Counted from the first letter of the stretch, positions 32,676 to 44,405 are shown. The stretch is 64,000 bases of DNA from an uncultured Actinomycetes bacterium (GCA_963706025.1 CAVPLM010000003.1:128001-192000), one strand, 5' to 3'. A program made the numbers and translations. Notes: generated by a model not told the origin, from the letters alone.

Positions 32676-34774
32676 CTGTGGAGAGCTCGCTCTCCTATCG
32701 GGCCGGCCGGCGCGGCGCCACTTGGCTCGCGTCTGCCGCCCGGAACTCGTGGGTGGGCCGATTCTTCCAGTCTCTGACCGGGACCCCTCGGCAGGCTTTC
32801 GCGGACAGCGAGGTCTTCGGCCTGCGGCACAGCGGGGCGCAGAAGCTTGAACGGACCGGCCATCCCTATAGCGTGCTCATCATCTCCCGACCGTACCTTC
32901 GGATGCGCGGCACGGTCGGCGGCCGTGCCGGCGCCATCCGGCCGGAGGGCAGGTGGTTCGGCGGCGGGAGGTGGGTGCTGGTGGTGGGCGCGGGCGTCTT
33001 CGCCCTCGGATGCGGGCGCGTGGCCTCACTCATCGTCCAGGGTGTGAGCACCGATGACGCCGGAGCGGCCCTGGCCGCGCCCGGTCTGATACTGGTGCCA
33101 GCAGCTCTACTGGTGGTGATCGGGGCGCTGCTGTTCGTGGCCGGTCCCGGCTTGGTCACGGCCTCGCGCACCAGCATGGTGGCCCGCGGGGCCCGATGGG
33201 TCGGTTACGCGGTGGTGGAAGGGCGAGCGGCGGCCCCGGGGGCGGCGAGTGGGGACGTGGGGGCTCCTGCCTTTGCCCAGGCTCCGGCGAACCGCGGCCC
33301 GGGTGGGAGCGGTTCCAGGGCGGCCCCTCTGTGGCGGCGCATAGCCAGCCCGCTCGCAGTCGGTGTGGCACTGGCGGCAGCCGCCGGACTGTTGGGGGGA
33401 CTCACGTATGGCTCCGGCCCCTTCCTCCTGGTAGCTTTCGTCGTAGCCGTGTGCCTACTGGCCCTTCTGCTCTGGCGGCCGGAGGTGCTACTACTGCTGC
33501 TGGCTCTTTTCCCGTGGCTGGACTGGATGGCAAGGCGGAGCCTGGGTGGGCTGGGCCCGCTCTGGGACGACGCCCTGCTCCTCCTTGCTGTGCTCGTGCT
33601 GCTCTGGGCCGTGATCGTGCGGCGCCGCTCGGAATTGTGGACCGTGCCTATCACCCTGCCCACACTGCTCGCCTTCGCGGCGGCCATTGGTTCGGTGGTG
33701 ATACGCGAGGTGCCGAGCGACGTGGCGTTCTTTGCTCTGCGGGTGTTGTTCCAGCCACTCCTCTTCTACTTCCTGGGTTTCCTCCTGCCGAAGAACAGGC
33801 GGGTAGTGCAGTGGGTGGTGGCGCTGTTCCTTCTGGCCGGACTGGCCCTAGCCCTGCACGGGCTCTATCAGTATGCGACCAACGCCCCCATGCCCGCCCG
33901 CTGGGTGGATCTGCGGGAGGTGGGGAGTATCTCGACGCGGGCGTATTCCATCATCGGGAATCCCAACGGCCTGGGCGCCTTCCTGCTCCTGGGGACCTTG
34001 CTATCGCTGAGCCTCGCCCTGACTCGGGGATTGGGAAGGCTCCAACGGTCGGTGATGGCGTTAGTGTGCGCCGTGTATCTGGCCGGGGTAGCCGTGACCT
34101 TCAGCCGAGGGGCGTGGTTGGGCTTGGGGGCCGGCATACTGGCTCTCCTCGTGGTGGCCCACCGCCGTTACCTCGCTCCTTTGGTGGCAGTCGGGGTCGT
34201 GGGTTGGTTCGTCATCCCTCAGCAGTTCGTCAATCGCCTGACCTTCGCCTTCAGTTCCGCGTACATCGCCAAGAGTCTCACCGCCGGCCGGCTGTACGTC
34301 TGGAAGATGGCCCTCGACGATATTGCCGCCCACCCCCTCTTCGGACTCGGTCTGGGTACCTTCGGGGGGACGAGCGCGACGCTGTTCAGCTTCAGCCGCT
34401 TGTGGGTGGACAATTTCTACCTGCAGCTGGGAGCGGAAGGAGGGCTGCTCCTCCTGGCCCTCTTCTTGTGGGTGCTCGTGCGCGCGGCCAAGGGACTGCT
34501 CAAGGGCCACGGGATGACATCGGACCCCTTCCTTCGGGCCCTCACTGCCGGGGTGTTCGGAGGCTGGATCGCCGTTGCCGTCGCCAACATCACCGCGAGT
34601 GTGTGGGAGACCCTGGTGGTGGGAGTGGGATTCTGGTTCCTGGCCGGGCTCGCGACCTCGGCGGCGCTGCAATCCGCCGAGGTGGAGGTGGCAGCGGAGA
34701 GGGCAGAGGCGAGTAAGGGCGTCGCGGCCGCGAAGGAAAGCCGGGGTGCCGCGGTGGCGGAGGAGGGCGTGTGA
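32669..34774 (+). CDS. O-antigen ligase/polymerase (Wzy_C) family membrane protein
   Basis: RAYSIIGNPNGLG, TFSRGAW, HPLFGLGLG, DNFYLQLGAEGG; many TM helices. Confidence 0.85.
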   Translation: MKAVESSLSYRAGRRGATWLASAARNSWVGRFFQSLTGTPRQAFADSEVFGLRHSGAQKLERTGHPYSVLIISRPYLRMRGTVGGRAGAIRPEGRWFGGGRWVLVVGAGVFALGCGRVASLIVQGVSTDDAGAALAAPGLILVPAALLVVIGALLFVAGPGLVTASRTSMVARGARWVGYAVVEGRAAAPGAASGDVGAPAFAQAPANRGPGGSGSRAAPLWRRIASPLAVGVALAAAAGLLGGLTYGSGPFLLVAFVVAVCLLALLLWRPEVLLLLLALFPWLDWMARRSLGGLGPLWDDALLLLAVLVLLWAVIVRRRSELWTVPITLPTLLAFAAAIGSVVIREVPSDVAFFALRVLFQPLLFYFLGFLLPKNRRVVQWVVALFLLAGLALALHGLYQYATNAPMPARWVDLREVGSISTRAYSIIGNPNGLGAFLLLGTLLSLSLALTRGLGRLQRSVMALVCAVYLAGVAVTFSRGAWLGLGAGILALLVVAHRRYLAPLVAVGVVGWFVIPQQFVNRLTFAFSSAYIAKSLTAGRLYVWKMALDDIAAHPLFGLGLGTFGGTSATLFSFSRLWVDNFYLQLGAEGGLLLLALFLWVLVRAAKGLLKGHGMTSDPFLRALTAGVFGGWIAVAVANITASVWETLVVGVGFWFLAGLATSAALQSAEVEVAAERAEASKGVAAAKESRGAAVAEEGV

Positions 34775-35997
34775 GAGGACTTCGCGTGCTCCACGTGATC
34801 GGCGGCGGAGACAGTGGCGGAGCGATGACGCACCTGCTGCCGCTACTCTCCGCCCTGCGCCGGACGGGCTGCGACGTACATCTGCTGTGTCTGGGGGAAG
34901 GCAGGCTCGCGGAGGAGGCCTCGCTCCGGGGATTGCCCGTGGCCGTGCTGCCGATGGGGCATGCCTGGGATGCATCGGTCCTCGAGCCCCTGCGCCGCAT
35001 TTTGGCAGGCGGCCCCAACGATCTGGACGCACTGCGCGCTCGCGGAGCCGGAGGGCAGTCGCGACCGGAGGGGCTTGATCGGTCCGTGCGATCCCGCTGG
35101 GACGTCGTGCACACCCATGGAATGAGGGCCAACCTGCCCGTGCGTCTGGTGCTGAAGGTCCGGCGTCGGAGGCCCTGTTTGTTCACCACGGTCCATTCCG
35201 ATCTGCGGCTAGACTATGCGTCCCCACCTCTGGCCCGCTTCTATCAAGGTCTTGACCGGGCCACGCTGTCGACCGTCGACACGGTGATCTGCGTGTCCGA
35301 AGCGCTACGCGCGCTGCTAGTAAGTCGCGGTCATCCGGCGAAGTGCCTGGTGACCATTCGCTCGGGGATAGAGTTGCCCGAAGAGGGAGCCAGACCGGTC
35401 GAAGGCGCCGGGACGTCCGCGTCGCGCGCACGGCTGGGCACGATCGCCAGGCTGGTCCCGGTCAAAGATATCGACCTTCTTCTGGAGGTGGCCGCCCTGC
35501 TCTGCCGAACCCATCGGGAAGTGGAGGTGGTCATCGTCGGAGACGGCCCGGAGCGGGTGCGACTCGAGAGACGAGCACGGGCTCTGGGTCTTGCCGGCGT
35601 GGTGCGCTTCACCGGTCGCAGGGAGGACATAGCGGCTCTGCTCGGCGGATGGGACGTCTACATGGTGACCTCCACTTTCGAGGGCGGAGTGTCGATGGCT
35701 GTACTGGAGGCGATGACTGCAGCCTTGCCGGTGGTCACGACCGCCGCCGGTGGGGTGGAGGAGGCCGTGAAGGCCGGCGAAACAGGCTTCGTGGTGAGGC
35801 GCGACCAGGAGCGGGGCGCGCTCGCCGCTGCGCTGGCCGAGCGCGCCGCCGCTCTGTTGGACGACCCGGAGCTGCGTGTTCGGATGGGGGCCGCCGGAGC
35901 GCGGCGGGTGCGCGATGTCTTCGCGGTCGAGCGGACGGCTGAGGCTACGCTGCACGCCTACGAGCGCTGCCTCGCCGCCCGGGGCGCATTACTCTAG
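34771..35997 (+). CDS. GT4 glycosyltransferase
   Basis: VLHVIGGGDSGGA, ARLVPVK, EGGVSMAVLE (EX7E-like). Confidence 0.9.
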   Translation: MRGLRVLHVIGGGDSGGAMTHLLPLLSALRRTGCDVHLLCLGEGRLAEEASLRGLPVAVLPMGHAWDASVLEPLRRILAGGPNDLDALRARGAGGQSRPEGLDRSVRSRWDVVHTHGMRANLPVRLVLKVRRRRPCLFTTVHSDLRLDYASPPLARFYQGLDRATLSTVDTVICVSEALRALLVSRGHPAKCLVTIRSGIELPEEGARPVEGAGTSASRARLGTIARLVPVKDIDLLLEVAALLCRTHREVEVVIVGDGPERVRLERRARALGLAGVVRFTGRREDIAALLGGWDVYMVTSTFEGGVSMAVLEAMTAALPVVTTAAGGVEEAVKAGETGFVVRRDQERGALAAALAERAAALLDDPELRVRMGAAGARRVRDVFAVERTAEATLHAYERCLAARGALL

Positions 35998-36026
35998 GTC
36001 CGACGCAGAAGACGAGGAGAGCCTCG

Positions 36027-37256
36027 ATGCTCCGTGGAAAAGACATAGTCTGCATCTCGTCGCTCGACTGGAACGCGATGTGGACCAGCAAACAGCAGAT
36101 CATGCACCGGCTGGCGCAGACCAACCGGGTCCTCTATGTGGAGGAGCCGGTCACCATGTTGGCGCCTCTCAAGGTCCCGGCTCGCTGGAAACGCTGGGGG
36201 GCGGTCGCTCCTAAGTTGGAGAGAGTGGACGCGGGACTCTGGACGTTGACCCCGCCGCCGACCCTGCCCTTCGGCAACATGAGGCCGGGTGTCAACCGCG
36301 TCAATCAGAGTGTGCTCGCACGGTACATCCGCTGGGCGATGGGACGTCTGTGGTTCGACGAGGAGTACATCCTCTGGACGTACCTGCCCACCTCGCTCGC
36401 CTTGCTCGACGGGCTGGGGGGCACGCAGCGAGGTCCACGCGAAGAGCGCTTCCCGTCCCTGGTGGTCTACCACTGCGTGGACGAGCACTCGGCCTTCCCC
36501 GGGTTCGTGACTCCAGAAGTGGTCAAGCTCTACGACGACGAGCTGACCCGGCGCGCGGACCTGGTCATCACCACCTCGGAGAACCTTCGTCTTTCCCGGC
36601 GGGCGCTGAACCCCGAGACGTATGCGATCCTAAATGCCGCCGATGTCGAGATCTTCAACCGGGCCCTCGACCCCGAGTTGCCGATCGCTGCGGATCTGGC
36701 CGCGATCCCGGCTCCCCGGTTGGGGGTAGTGGGACTTCACGACTTCCGTCTGGATGTGGAGGCACTCGAGGCTCTGGCTCAGGCCGAAGAAGGTTGGCAG
36801 GTGGTGCTGATCGGTCCGGTGAAACCAGGCCAGGTGGACGAGCCCCGGCTCCGCCGGTACCCGAACATCCACTTCCTGGGCGAGAAGCCCCGGCCGGAGC
36901 TGCCCGGCTACCTCAAGGGGCTGGCCGTAGCGCTCGTGCCCTACAGGGCCAACGAATTGACGCGCAACATCTTCCCTCTCAAGCTCTTCGAGTACTTGGC
37001 GGCCGGGCTGCCCGTGGTCGTGGGCGGCCTGCCCGAGTTGCGCCGCTTCGATGGGACCATCGGAGTGGCCGAGGGGCCGCAGGACTACCCCGGCCTGGTC
37101 AGGCGGGCGATCGCCGAGGACGGTCCCGATAAGCGGGCTGAAAGGGTAGCGCTGGCGGCCGAGAACACCTGGGATCGCCGGGTCGAGGAGATCTCTTTGC
37201 TGGTAGAAGAAGCGCTCGAGCGCCGAGGTCTGGGAACTCCAGAGGTGGGACGGTGA
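36027..37256 (+). CDS. GT-B glycosyltransferase
   Basis: VVYHCVDEH, PLKLFEYLAAGLPVV. Confidence 0.85.
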   Translation: MLRGKDIVCISSLDWNAMWTSKQQIMHRLAQTNRVLYVEEPVTMLAPLKVPARWKRWGAVAPKLERVDAGLWTLTPPPTLPFGNMRPGVNRVNQSVLARYIRWAMGRLWFDEEYILWTYLPTSLALLDGLGGTQRGPREERFPSLVVYHCVDEHSAFPGFVTPEVVKLYDDELTRRADLVITTSENLRLSRRALNPETYAILNAADVEIFNRALDPELPIAADLAAIPAPRLGVVGLHDFRLDVEALEALAQAEEGWQVVLIGPVKPGQVDEPRLRRYPNIHFLGEKPRPELPGYLKGLAVALVPYRANELTRNIFPLKLFEYLAAGLPVVVGGLPELRRFDGTIGVAEGPQDYPGLVRRAIAEDGPDKRAERVALAAENTWDRRVEEISLLVEEALERRGLGTPEVGR

Positions 37257-39504
37257 GGGTACTCTTGCCGACCATCCGCGACCCCGACCAGATCGGAGGC
37301 GGCGGGACGCATCTCACGATGCTCATCGATGGCCTTCGCGAGCTCGGTCACGAAGCCGAGGCCCTCTATCTGACCGCCACCATGCCCGGGTTGGCCGGCC
37401 GCGCCTCCCTGGTGTGGCCGGCTGGGGCGCTCAACCGGGTGCGGACCGGCTGGGGCATGGTCTACTCTGCCGATATGCGGGGGCGGATGCTCGCCCGCGC
37501 CACAGCGCGTGAGCTCAAGCGGGCTGCGAGGAGCGCCACCGACACGTGGAGCGCCACCGATACGGGTAGCGCTACCGACACGGGTTTCGGGCCTTGGGAG
37601 GTGCTGAACGCCCAGGAGGTGTACTCGGTCCCTTACCTGCGCTCGGTGGCCGACACCCTGGGCATGCCGTTGGTGCTCACTTTGCATGGTTACCCGCTCT
37701 ACGAATCGGTGTCCGAGGGTTACAGTACGTCCTCTCGGATGGGCCTTCACTACCTGATGCGGGCTGAGATGAGGGCTCTCCGCCTGGCCGACGCGATCGT
37801 GACCGTCGATACCAGGTTGTATCGGCACGTCTCGGGACTGGTCCCGGAGCGGGCGGACACCGTCTTCACGCTCATGAACTTCATCGACACCTCGGTCTTC
37901 GCTCCCCTGGACGACCCGGCCGAAGAGACTCTTCTCCGGAAGGAACTTCGGGCTGCCTGGGGAGTCCCCGAGGACAAGATCGTTCTGCTCTGCCCTCGCA
38001 GGCTGGTGAAGAAGAACGGAGTCGTATACCCCTCGCTGGCCCTGGCCGAGATGGAGGAATCCGATCGCGGCCGCTTTCTCCTGTTGCATGCCGGGGAGGG
38101 GGGCGAGCGAGAGGAGATAGAGCGCATCGTTGCGAAGAACCGGCTGGAGGAGAATGTCCGTCTCCTGGGCGGGCAGGGTCCGGAGGCCATCCGTGAGCTC
38201 TACCGCTTGGCGGACATCGTGCTGGTGCCTTCCGTCCACTCGGAGAACGTGGAGGAGGCGACCTCGCTTTCCGCTCTCGAGGCGATGGCCTCGGGCCGGC
38301 CCTTGATCGCGGGCAACGTGGGCGGCCTGGCCGAGATGGTGGAGAACGGCGAGACGGGTCTGCTGGTGGCGGCCGACGCCGGAGCTGTGGCGGCGGCCAT
38401 CCTGGGGCTGGCCGCCGCCCCGGAGCTCGCGGCCCGCATGGCGGTGGCAGCCCGGGAGTACGTGGTGGCGCAGCACTCCCATCTCCGGGCAGCGGCGGCC
38501 TACGCCGAGATCTACGGGATGGTGCTGTCCCGTAAAGGTGCTCGTGATGCCGCGGCCGAGCGGACGGTCGCGCCGCCGGGAGTCGCCGGGGCGCTCCTGG
38601 CCGATGCCCAACCGGCGGAGGCCGAGAAACCCCCTTGGCCGTCGCTGTCGGTGTTGGGATTCACCTTGGACGCGGTCTCCGTGGAGCAGGCTGCCCAGAT
38701 CGGTCGTCGCCTGGGCGGAAGGACCTGCGCGCGCGACTCGCACACGCATCGCCGTTTCCTTCAACCCCGAACTGGTGGTGCGGGCGCACCGGGATCCGGT
38801 TGCCGCCGAGGCCCTTCTCCAGGCCGATCTCTGCTATCCGGACGGCGTGGGGGCTGTGTGGGCGGCCGGGCGCCAGGGGGGTCGTCGGTGGCTGGGCACG
38901 GAGGCGACCGACGGACGATCCGCCCCCGCAACCGCGGTGCCTGCGCCGCCCGAGCGAGTGCCGGGCATCGACCTGGCCGAGCGGGTACTGGAGTTGGCGG
39001 CGGAGCGGGGTTTGTCCGTGTTCTTCCTGGGGGCGGCTGAGGGCGTAGCTGCCGAAGCCGCCAGGCGCCAGGTCGAGCGTCTACCCGGGCTCAGCGTCGC
39101 CGGCATCCATCATGGCTACTTCGATTCGGCCCAAGAAGACCAGGTAGTGCGGATGGTGAGTGAATCCGGGGCCCAGATCCTCCTGGTGGCGATGGGCGCC
39201 CCGCGACAGGAAGTGCTTCTCTATCGCCATCGCGACCGGCTGGGCGCCGGAGCGGCGCTGGGCGTGGGCGGCAGCTTCGATGTCTGGGCCGGCACGGTCA
39301 AGCGCGCGCCCACATGGACGCAGACCGCGAAAGTCGAGTGGCTCTACCGTCTGGTCACCGACCCTCGCCGGGTGGGGAGGCAAGCTGGCGCTGCCCCGAT
39401 TCGCCGCACAGGTGATGCGCTGGTCGCCCGACGACTACGGGCCGCCTCGCCGCGGCCGAGCCGCGGGCAGGGGCGGCCCCGAACGCAAAGGCGCCGACTC
39501 TTGA
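37253..39504 (+). CDS. GT4 glycosyltransferase fused to a WecG/TagA/CpsF (GT26) domain; frameshifts near 38702 and 39382
   Basis: GT4 PRRLVKKNG, EATSLSALE; then in frame SVLGFTLDAVSVEQA; continuing NPE, DGVG, RVPGIDL, VAMGAPRQE, GVGGSFDV, EWLYRL. Confidence 0.75.
37532..37585 (+). repeat. Three 18-bp tandem units encoding SATDT(W/G)
   Basis: agcgccaccgacacgtgg agcgccaccgatacgggt agcgctaccgacacgggt. Confidence 0.9.
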
Positions 39505-40721
39505 GGTACTTGATCAGCGGCTACTACGGTGAGGGTAACGCTGGGGACGAGGCGATCCTCGCCGGCATCCTCCAGGAGGTCGGCCGCCACGACCCGGACG
39601 CTCGCTTCACCGTGCTCTCCTTTTCCCCGTCGGACACGGAGCGCCGCCACGCCGGAACCGGTTTGGATCTGGAGGTAATCTCGACCAGTCTGCGTTCCCC
39701 CGGCCGCCTGTGGGCGACGATGAGATCCGCCGACCTCCTCATCAGTGGGGGCGGCAGCTTCCTGCACGAAGCCGACTTCGAGTCCTTTGGCCGTTCGTTC
39801 CTCTTCCGGGAGGGCAAGGTCCGGCCGGTGCCCTACTTCCTCTCGATCGTCTTCATGGCTCGTGCCGCCGGCCTGCCGGTGATGTGGTACTCGCAAGGCC
39901 TGGGGCCGCTCCACACGCGCTCCGCCAGGCGTCTGGTCGCGGCCGCGGGCTCGATCTCCCAAGTGGTGACCTGGCGCGACCAGGAATCCGCTCGTCTGGC
40001 CTACGAGGTGGGCGTGCGCTCTTCGGTGCAACTGGTCGTGCCTGATCCCGCGTATGCGCTCCGCCCGGCTCCCGTGAAGGCGGCTGCCCGGCTCGTCGCC
40101 GAACAAGGCATGACGCCCGGAGCGCGCTACCTGGCCGTGTGCCCCCGACCGTGGTTGCAGCGTACCGTCTATCTGGAGAGACTGGGAGAGGCTTTGGAGC
40201 AAGTGGCAGCAGCCCTTGATCTGGCCATCCTCTTGGTGCCCCTCCACGAGACCCTGGATCCTCCGGTCTGCGAGGTCCTGGCGGCGCGGCCCGGCCTCGC
40301 CGGCCGCGCCCACATCCTGCCCCCGGGCGCCTCCCCGACGGTCCTTGCCGCGGTCCTGGGCGGAGCCGAAGTGGTGGTGGCCATGCGTCTACACGGCGGC
40401 ATCCTCGCCGCGACGGCGGGAGCACCTGTGGTGACCATGGACTACGATCCAAAGACCCGCGCCTTTGCCACCCAGACCAAGCAGCTGCCGTGGGTGGTGA
40501 GTGTCGACGCGCTGGAGGACGGAGGCTCCCCGGGGGAGGCGGCGCTCGTGCAGGCCATAGTGGATACAGCCTCCCACGTGGAGGCGCGACGGGCCGCGCT
40601 CGCGCGGGCAGTCGCGCCCCTCCGGGCCGAGTCCGGACGCACGGCGCGCTTGGCCGTGCAACTCGCCGCTCTGGGCGTCCACGAGGCCCGCCGCGGTCGT
40701 CCCTGGCGGAGAGGCGCATGA
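39501..40721 (+). CDS. csaB: Polysaccharide pyruvyl transferase CsaB
   Basis: YLISGYYGEGNAGDEAIL, SGGGS, QGLGP, WRDQES, PDP, AMRLHG, YDPK; TTG start overlapping upstream TGA. Confidence 0.88.
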   Translation: MRYLISGYYGEGNAGDEAILAGILQEVGRHDPDARFTVLSFSPSDTERRHAGTGLDLEVISTSLRSPGRLWATMRSADLLISGGGSFLHEADFESFGRSFLFREGKVRPVPYFLSIVFMARAAGLPVMWYSQGLGPLHTRSARRLVAAAGSISQVVTWRDQESARLAYEVGVRSSVQLVVPDPAYALRPAPVKAAARLVAEQGMTPGARYLAVCPRPWLQRTVYLERLGEALEQVAAALDLAILLVPLHETLDPPVCEVLAARPGLAGRAHILPPGASPTVLAAVLGGAEVVVAMRLHGGILAATAGAPVVTMDYDPKTRAFATQTKQLPWVVSVDALEDGGSPGEAALVQAIVDTASHVEARRAALARAVAPLRAESGRTARLAVQLAALGVHEARRGRPWRRGA

Positions 40722-40797
40722 CCGCCTTGCCCCGGGCGCCCGAGGGCTCCGAGGGGGGGTCGCCCGATTCCCCGGATCCAGCGCGGGCTCCACCGAG

Positions 40798-42570
40798 GTG
40801 TCGCCTGATCCTCCGGATCCGGCCGCCGGACAGGCCGGTCCCGGCCCGCCCGCGCCTGAGCTGGGCTCCGTCCCCGGCTCAGGCGCGGGGGCTGCCGATG
40901 GGCTCGCCGCCCCCATTGGCGCGGCCGGCCCCGCGGGCCGCGCGCCCGGCCCAGCCGGCGCGGCCGGGCCCACCGGCGTCGCCCGCTCGGTCCGATCGGT
41001 GGTGGGCAAGGCCGCGATCGTCATCGTCACGGCGACACTGGTGGGGCGACTCCTTGGTCTGGTGCGCGATATCGCCGTCGCCTACTTCTTCGGGGCCCAG
41101 GCCGACACCGACGCGTTCTTCCTAGCCTATCGGATCCCCTACTTGCTGGTGCTGATGGTGGCCGGGGCGCTTACCGCCACCTTCGTCCCCCTCCTAAGCT
41201 ACCGGCTGGCCACCGGCCGCAAAAAAGAAGCCTGGGATCTCTCCATCAACATGGGCAACATCATCGCCGTGATCCTGGTGGCGGTCACCGTCGTGCTGAT
41301 AATCCTCGCTCCTTGGATCATCCCCCTCGTGGGCTACGGTTTTGACACCGCCACTGCGGACAAGGCGGTCTTCCTGTTCCGGATCCTGATGCTCGGATTG
41401 GTTTTCGAGGGCCTGACCGGTCTGGTCGTCGGCATGCTCAACTCGCTCAAACGCTTCGCGCTTGCGGCGTTCGCTCCCGCCGTGGGCACGGTCGTCGCCC
41501 TGGTGATCATGGTGGCTTTGGAAGAGAGCATCGGGATCACGTCGCTGGCCATCGGGAGCGTGCTCGGGTGGGTGGCCGGACTGTTCGTCCTGTTCCCCGG
41601 CCTGCGGGGCCAGGAGATCCGCTATCGCCCGCGCATCGACTGGCACGACCCGGGCGTGCGCGAGGTGGGGGGCATGATCTGGCCCATCCTCATCGGGTCG
41701 GCGGTGGGCAAGGTGAGCATCTTCGTAACCCAGATCCTGGGTTCGATGCTCGAAACGGGATCGATCTCCAGCCTGAGCTACGCGGAGAAACTGTTCCAAC
41801 TGCCCCTAGGGTTGTTCGTCGCGGGGATAACCGTCCCCATCTTCCCCCTACTCTCGGAACAGGTGGCTGCCAACGCTCCTGAACGTGTCAAGGCCACGGT
41901 CAACTTCGCCATGCGGCTCATGGGATTCCTCATGGTCCCGGCCACCGTGGGGATCATCCTGCTCCGCTATGCCATCATCGGGCTCATCTTCGAGCACGGG
42001 GAGTTCACAGCCGAGGACACCACCCGCACGGCCTGGGCCCTCCTGTTCCTGGTCCTGGGGCTCTACGCATACGCGGGGCGAGACACTCTCACGCGGGTCT
42101 TCTATTCCTACCACGACACCCGGACCCCGGTGAAGATCAGCGTGATCACGGTGGTCATCAACATCGGTCTTTCCTATCTCTTCATGCAGTACCTCGGCGT
42201 AGGCGGACTGGCGCTCGGATTCACGGTGGCGCTCACGGTCAACTTCCTGGTTCTCACCTGGCTTCTCGAGCGGCGGATCGGGGCGATGGGGTTCGGGAAC
42301 ATCTTCGGCTCACTGCTGCGAGTGACCGGCGTCTCGGCGGTCATGGGGGTAGTCGTTTGGACGGTCGACTTCCTGCTCTCGCGCGAGGTCGGAGAGACCG
42401 TTGGGGGCAACGCGTTGCGGGTCGCGGCCGGTCTCGTGGTGGGGGCGTTCGTCTTTCTGTCGGTGGCTAGGCTTGCTAAAATGCCCGAACTTGCCGAAAT
42501 AACCGATATGCTCCGCGCGGTCCTGAAGCGGCCGACGCGTGAGCCCGCCGGACCGGGCTCCACGGGGTGA
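40798..42570 (+). CDS. murJ: MurJ/MviN family flippase
   Basis: GRLLGLVRD, DAFFLAYRIP, LFQLPLG, RVFYSYHDTRTP; start uncertain (possible ATG 40718 with a frameshift). Confidence 0.88.
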   Translation: MSPDPPDPAAGQAGPGPPAPELGSVPGSGAGAADGLAAPIGAAGPAGRAPGPAGAAGPTGVARSVRSVVGKAAIVIVTATLVGRLLGLVRDIAVAYFFGAQADTDAFFLAYRIPYLLVLMVAGALTATFVPLLSYRLATGRKKEAWDLSINMGNIIAVILVAVTVVLIILAPWIIPLVGYGFDTATADKAVFLFRILMLGLVFEGLTGLVVGMLNSLKRFALAAFAPAVGTVVALVIMVALEESIGITSLAIGSVLGWVAGLFVLFPGLRGQEIRYRPRIDWHDPGVREVGGMIWPILIGSAVGKVSIFVTQILGSMLETGSISSLSYAEKLFQLPLGLFVAGITVPIFPLLSEQVAANAPERVKATVNFAMRLMGFLMVPATVGIILLRYAIIGLIFEHGEFTAEDTTRTAWALLFLVLGLYAYAGRDTLTRVFYSYHDTRTPVKISVITVVINIGLSYLFMQYLGVGGLALGFTVALTVNFLVLTWLLERRIGAMGFGNIFGSLLRVTGVSAVMGVVVWTVDFLLSREVGETVGGNALRVAAGLVVGAFVFLSVARLAKMPELAEITDMLRAVLKRPTREPAGPGSTG

Positions 42571-42643
42571 CCCGCCGGCAGTGACGGTGAGCCGAGTGGC
42601 AGGAGAAATCCTGCCCGGGGCGTAAGCAGGTAGGTAGACAGAT

Positions 42644-44405
42644 ATGGCCGCGACAGGATCCAACCCCAAGGAAAGACACCTGGCGCAGCCGCCAAGAGGC
42701 TTTCGAGGTACGGTGCCGAGCCGGCGAGGGCTTCACTTCCCGATCTGGGCAGCGGCGGTTCTGCTTCTGGCCGCCCTCGCGTTTCTGGTCTTCCCGACGG
42801 CTCGTGGCTCGGCGGAGACGGTCTCGATCGAAGCCGCGACCACCGACGGCATCGTCGTGCCCATCATCTTCCCTCTCGAGAATCGCGTGGCCTGGACCGA
42901 CACCTTCGGCGCAGCGCGCTCGGGCGGCCGTACCCACGCCGGCAACGACCTGATGGCGCCGAAGATGACGCCGATACTGGCCGTGGTCGACGGCAAAATG
43001 GACTGGCTCAACCTCACCGGCAAGCTCTCCAGCTACAACAACCTTCCCTACTACAATATCCTGTTGCGCGGTGACGACGGGAACGACTACTTCTACATCC
43101 ATCTCAACAACGACACTCCGGGCACCGACGATGGCCTGGGCGGCGTGCAGTACGCCTATGCGCCCGGTCTGACCAACGGGACGCATGTGCACCGGGGCGA
43201 CGTCATCGGCTATGTCGGCGACAGCGGCAACGCCGAGGACACCAGCAGCCACCTTCACTTCGAGATCCACCTGGGCGGCTACGTGGCCGCCTCAGGCCGG
43301 CCAGACGCGGACTCCCAGCGCTATCGACCCGTACGCGAGCCTCAAGGCTGCCCCCACCCTGGCTGAGTGGATCGCGGCCGGCAAACCGCCGCTGACCACC
43401 ACCACGACGACCCCTGGGGCCACTACTACTACCACCGCTCCGAAGCCTACAACCACTACGACGGCTCCGAAACCCACCACTACCACTACCACTCCCAAGC
43501 CGACTACCACGACGGTTCCTACCGGCGCGGTTCCGGGGTTCACCGACGTCCGTACCAGTGACTGGTTCTACGCCGACTTCGCCCAGGCCCGAGCGGCAGG
43601 AGTGGTCACCGAGGCCGCCGACAAGCGGTTCCGGCCCTACGACAAGGTGTCGCGGGCTCTCTTCGCCGTGTACGTGGTGCGGGCCATGGCCCCGGCGGAA
43701 CTGAGCGCATCCGGTTCCGTAGCCTCCAGCGTCGCGGCCGCCGGCCCGCCCGCTGACCCGGCCGATGCCACTGTCTCAGCCGATGCCGTCGATGACGGCA
43801 CCGCTGCCAGCGCCGTCGATGGGGCTGCCGATCCGGCCGACAACGCCGCCGACCCTGCCGCTGTCACCGACCCCACCGGCGCCGCAGCTCTGGACGGTGC
43901 CGCGGCCGCAGGCCTGGACGGCGCGGCCGAGAGCGCGCTCACCGCCACGGTGGCCGGCGGCACGTCGGCCATTGCACCGACCACCGCCAACGCGGCGGAG
44001 ACCGAAGGTACTCCCACCTTCACGGATGTGCCTTCCTCCTACTGGGCGTACAAAGAGATACAGATCGCTGCTCGGCTAGGCCTAGTCCGCGGCACCGGTG
44101 ACGGCACCACGTTCTCTCCCGACCAGTTGGTCACCCGGGCGCAGATGGCTACGATGATGTGTCGGGCCTTGGGATCCGACCCCAACGACAACTGGGCGGG
44201 AACCGCCGCCGCGGCCTATCTGGTCTACAAAGACGTGCCCAAGGGTTACTGGGCTCAGGGATCCATCTTCATGACGAACTACCTCGGGCTGATGTGCGGG
44301 GACGCCAAAGGGTGTTTCCGTCCGGAGGAGAATGCCAATAGGGCCCAAGCGATCACCGTGATGGCCCGTCTCCTGAGGTTGCTCGAGGGAGGTTCGGGCT
44401 CATAG
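42644..44405 (+). CDS. Secreted M23 peptidase + Thr-rich linker + SLH domains (frameshift near 43295)
   Basis: HAGND and HLHFE motifs; FTDV..., LVTRAQMA, ANRAQA SLH motifs. Confidence 0.85.

Noticed and set aside
38538-40721. Apparent TagA-CsaB fusion ORF
   Set aside because: The TagA C-terminus (LALPRF...) continues in another frame to a stop at 39504 overlapping a TTG start for csaB; the fusion is produced by an indel near 39382
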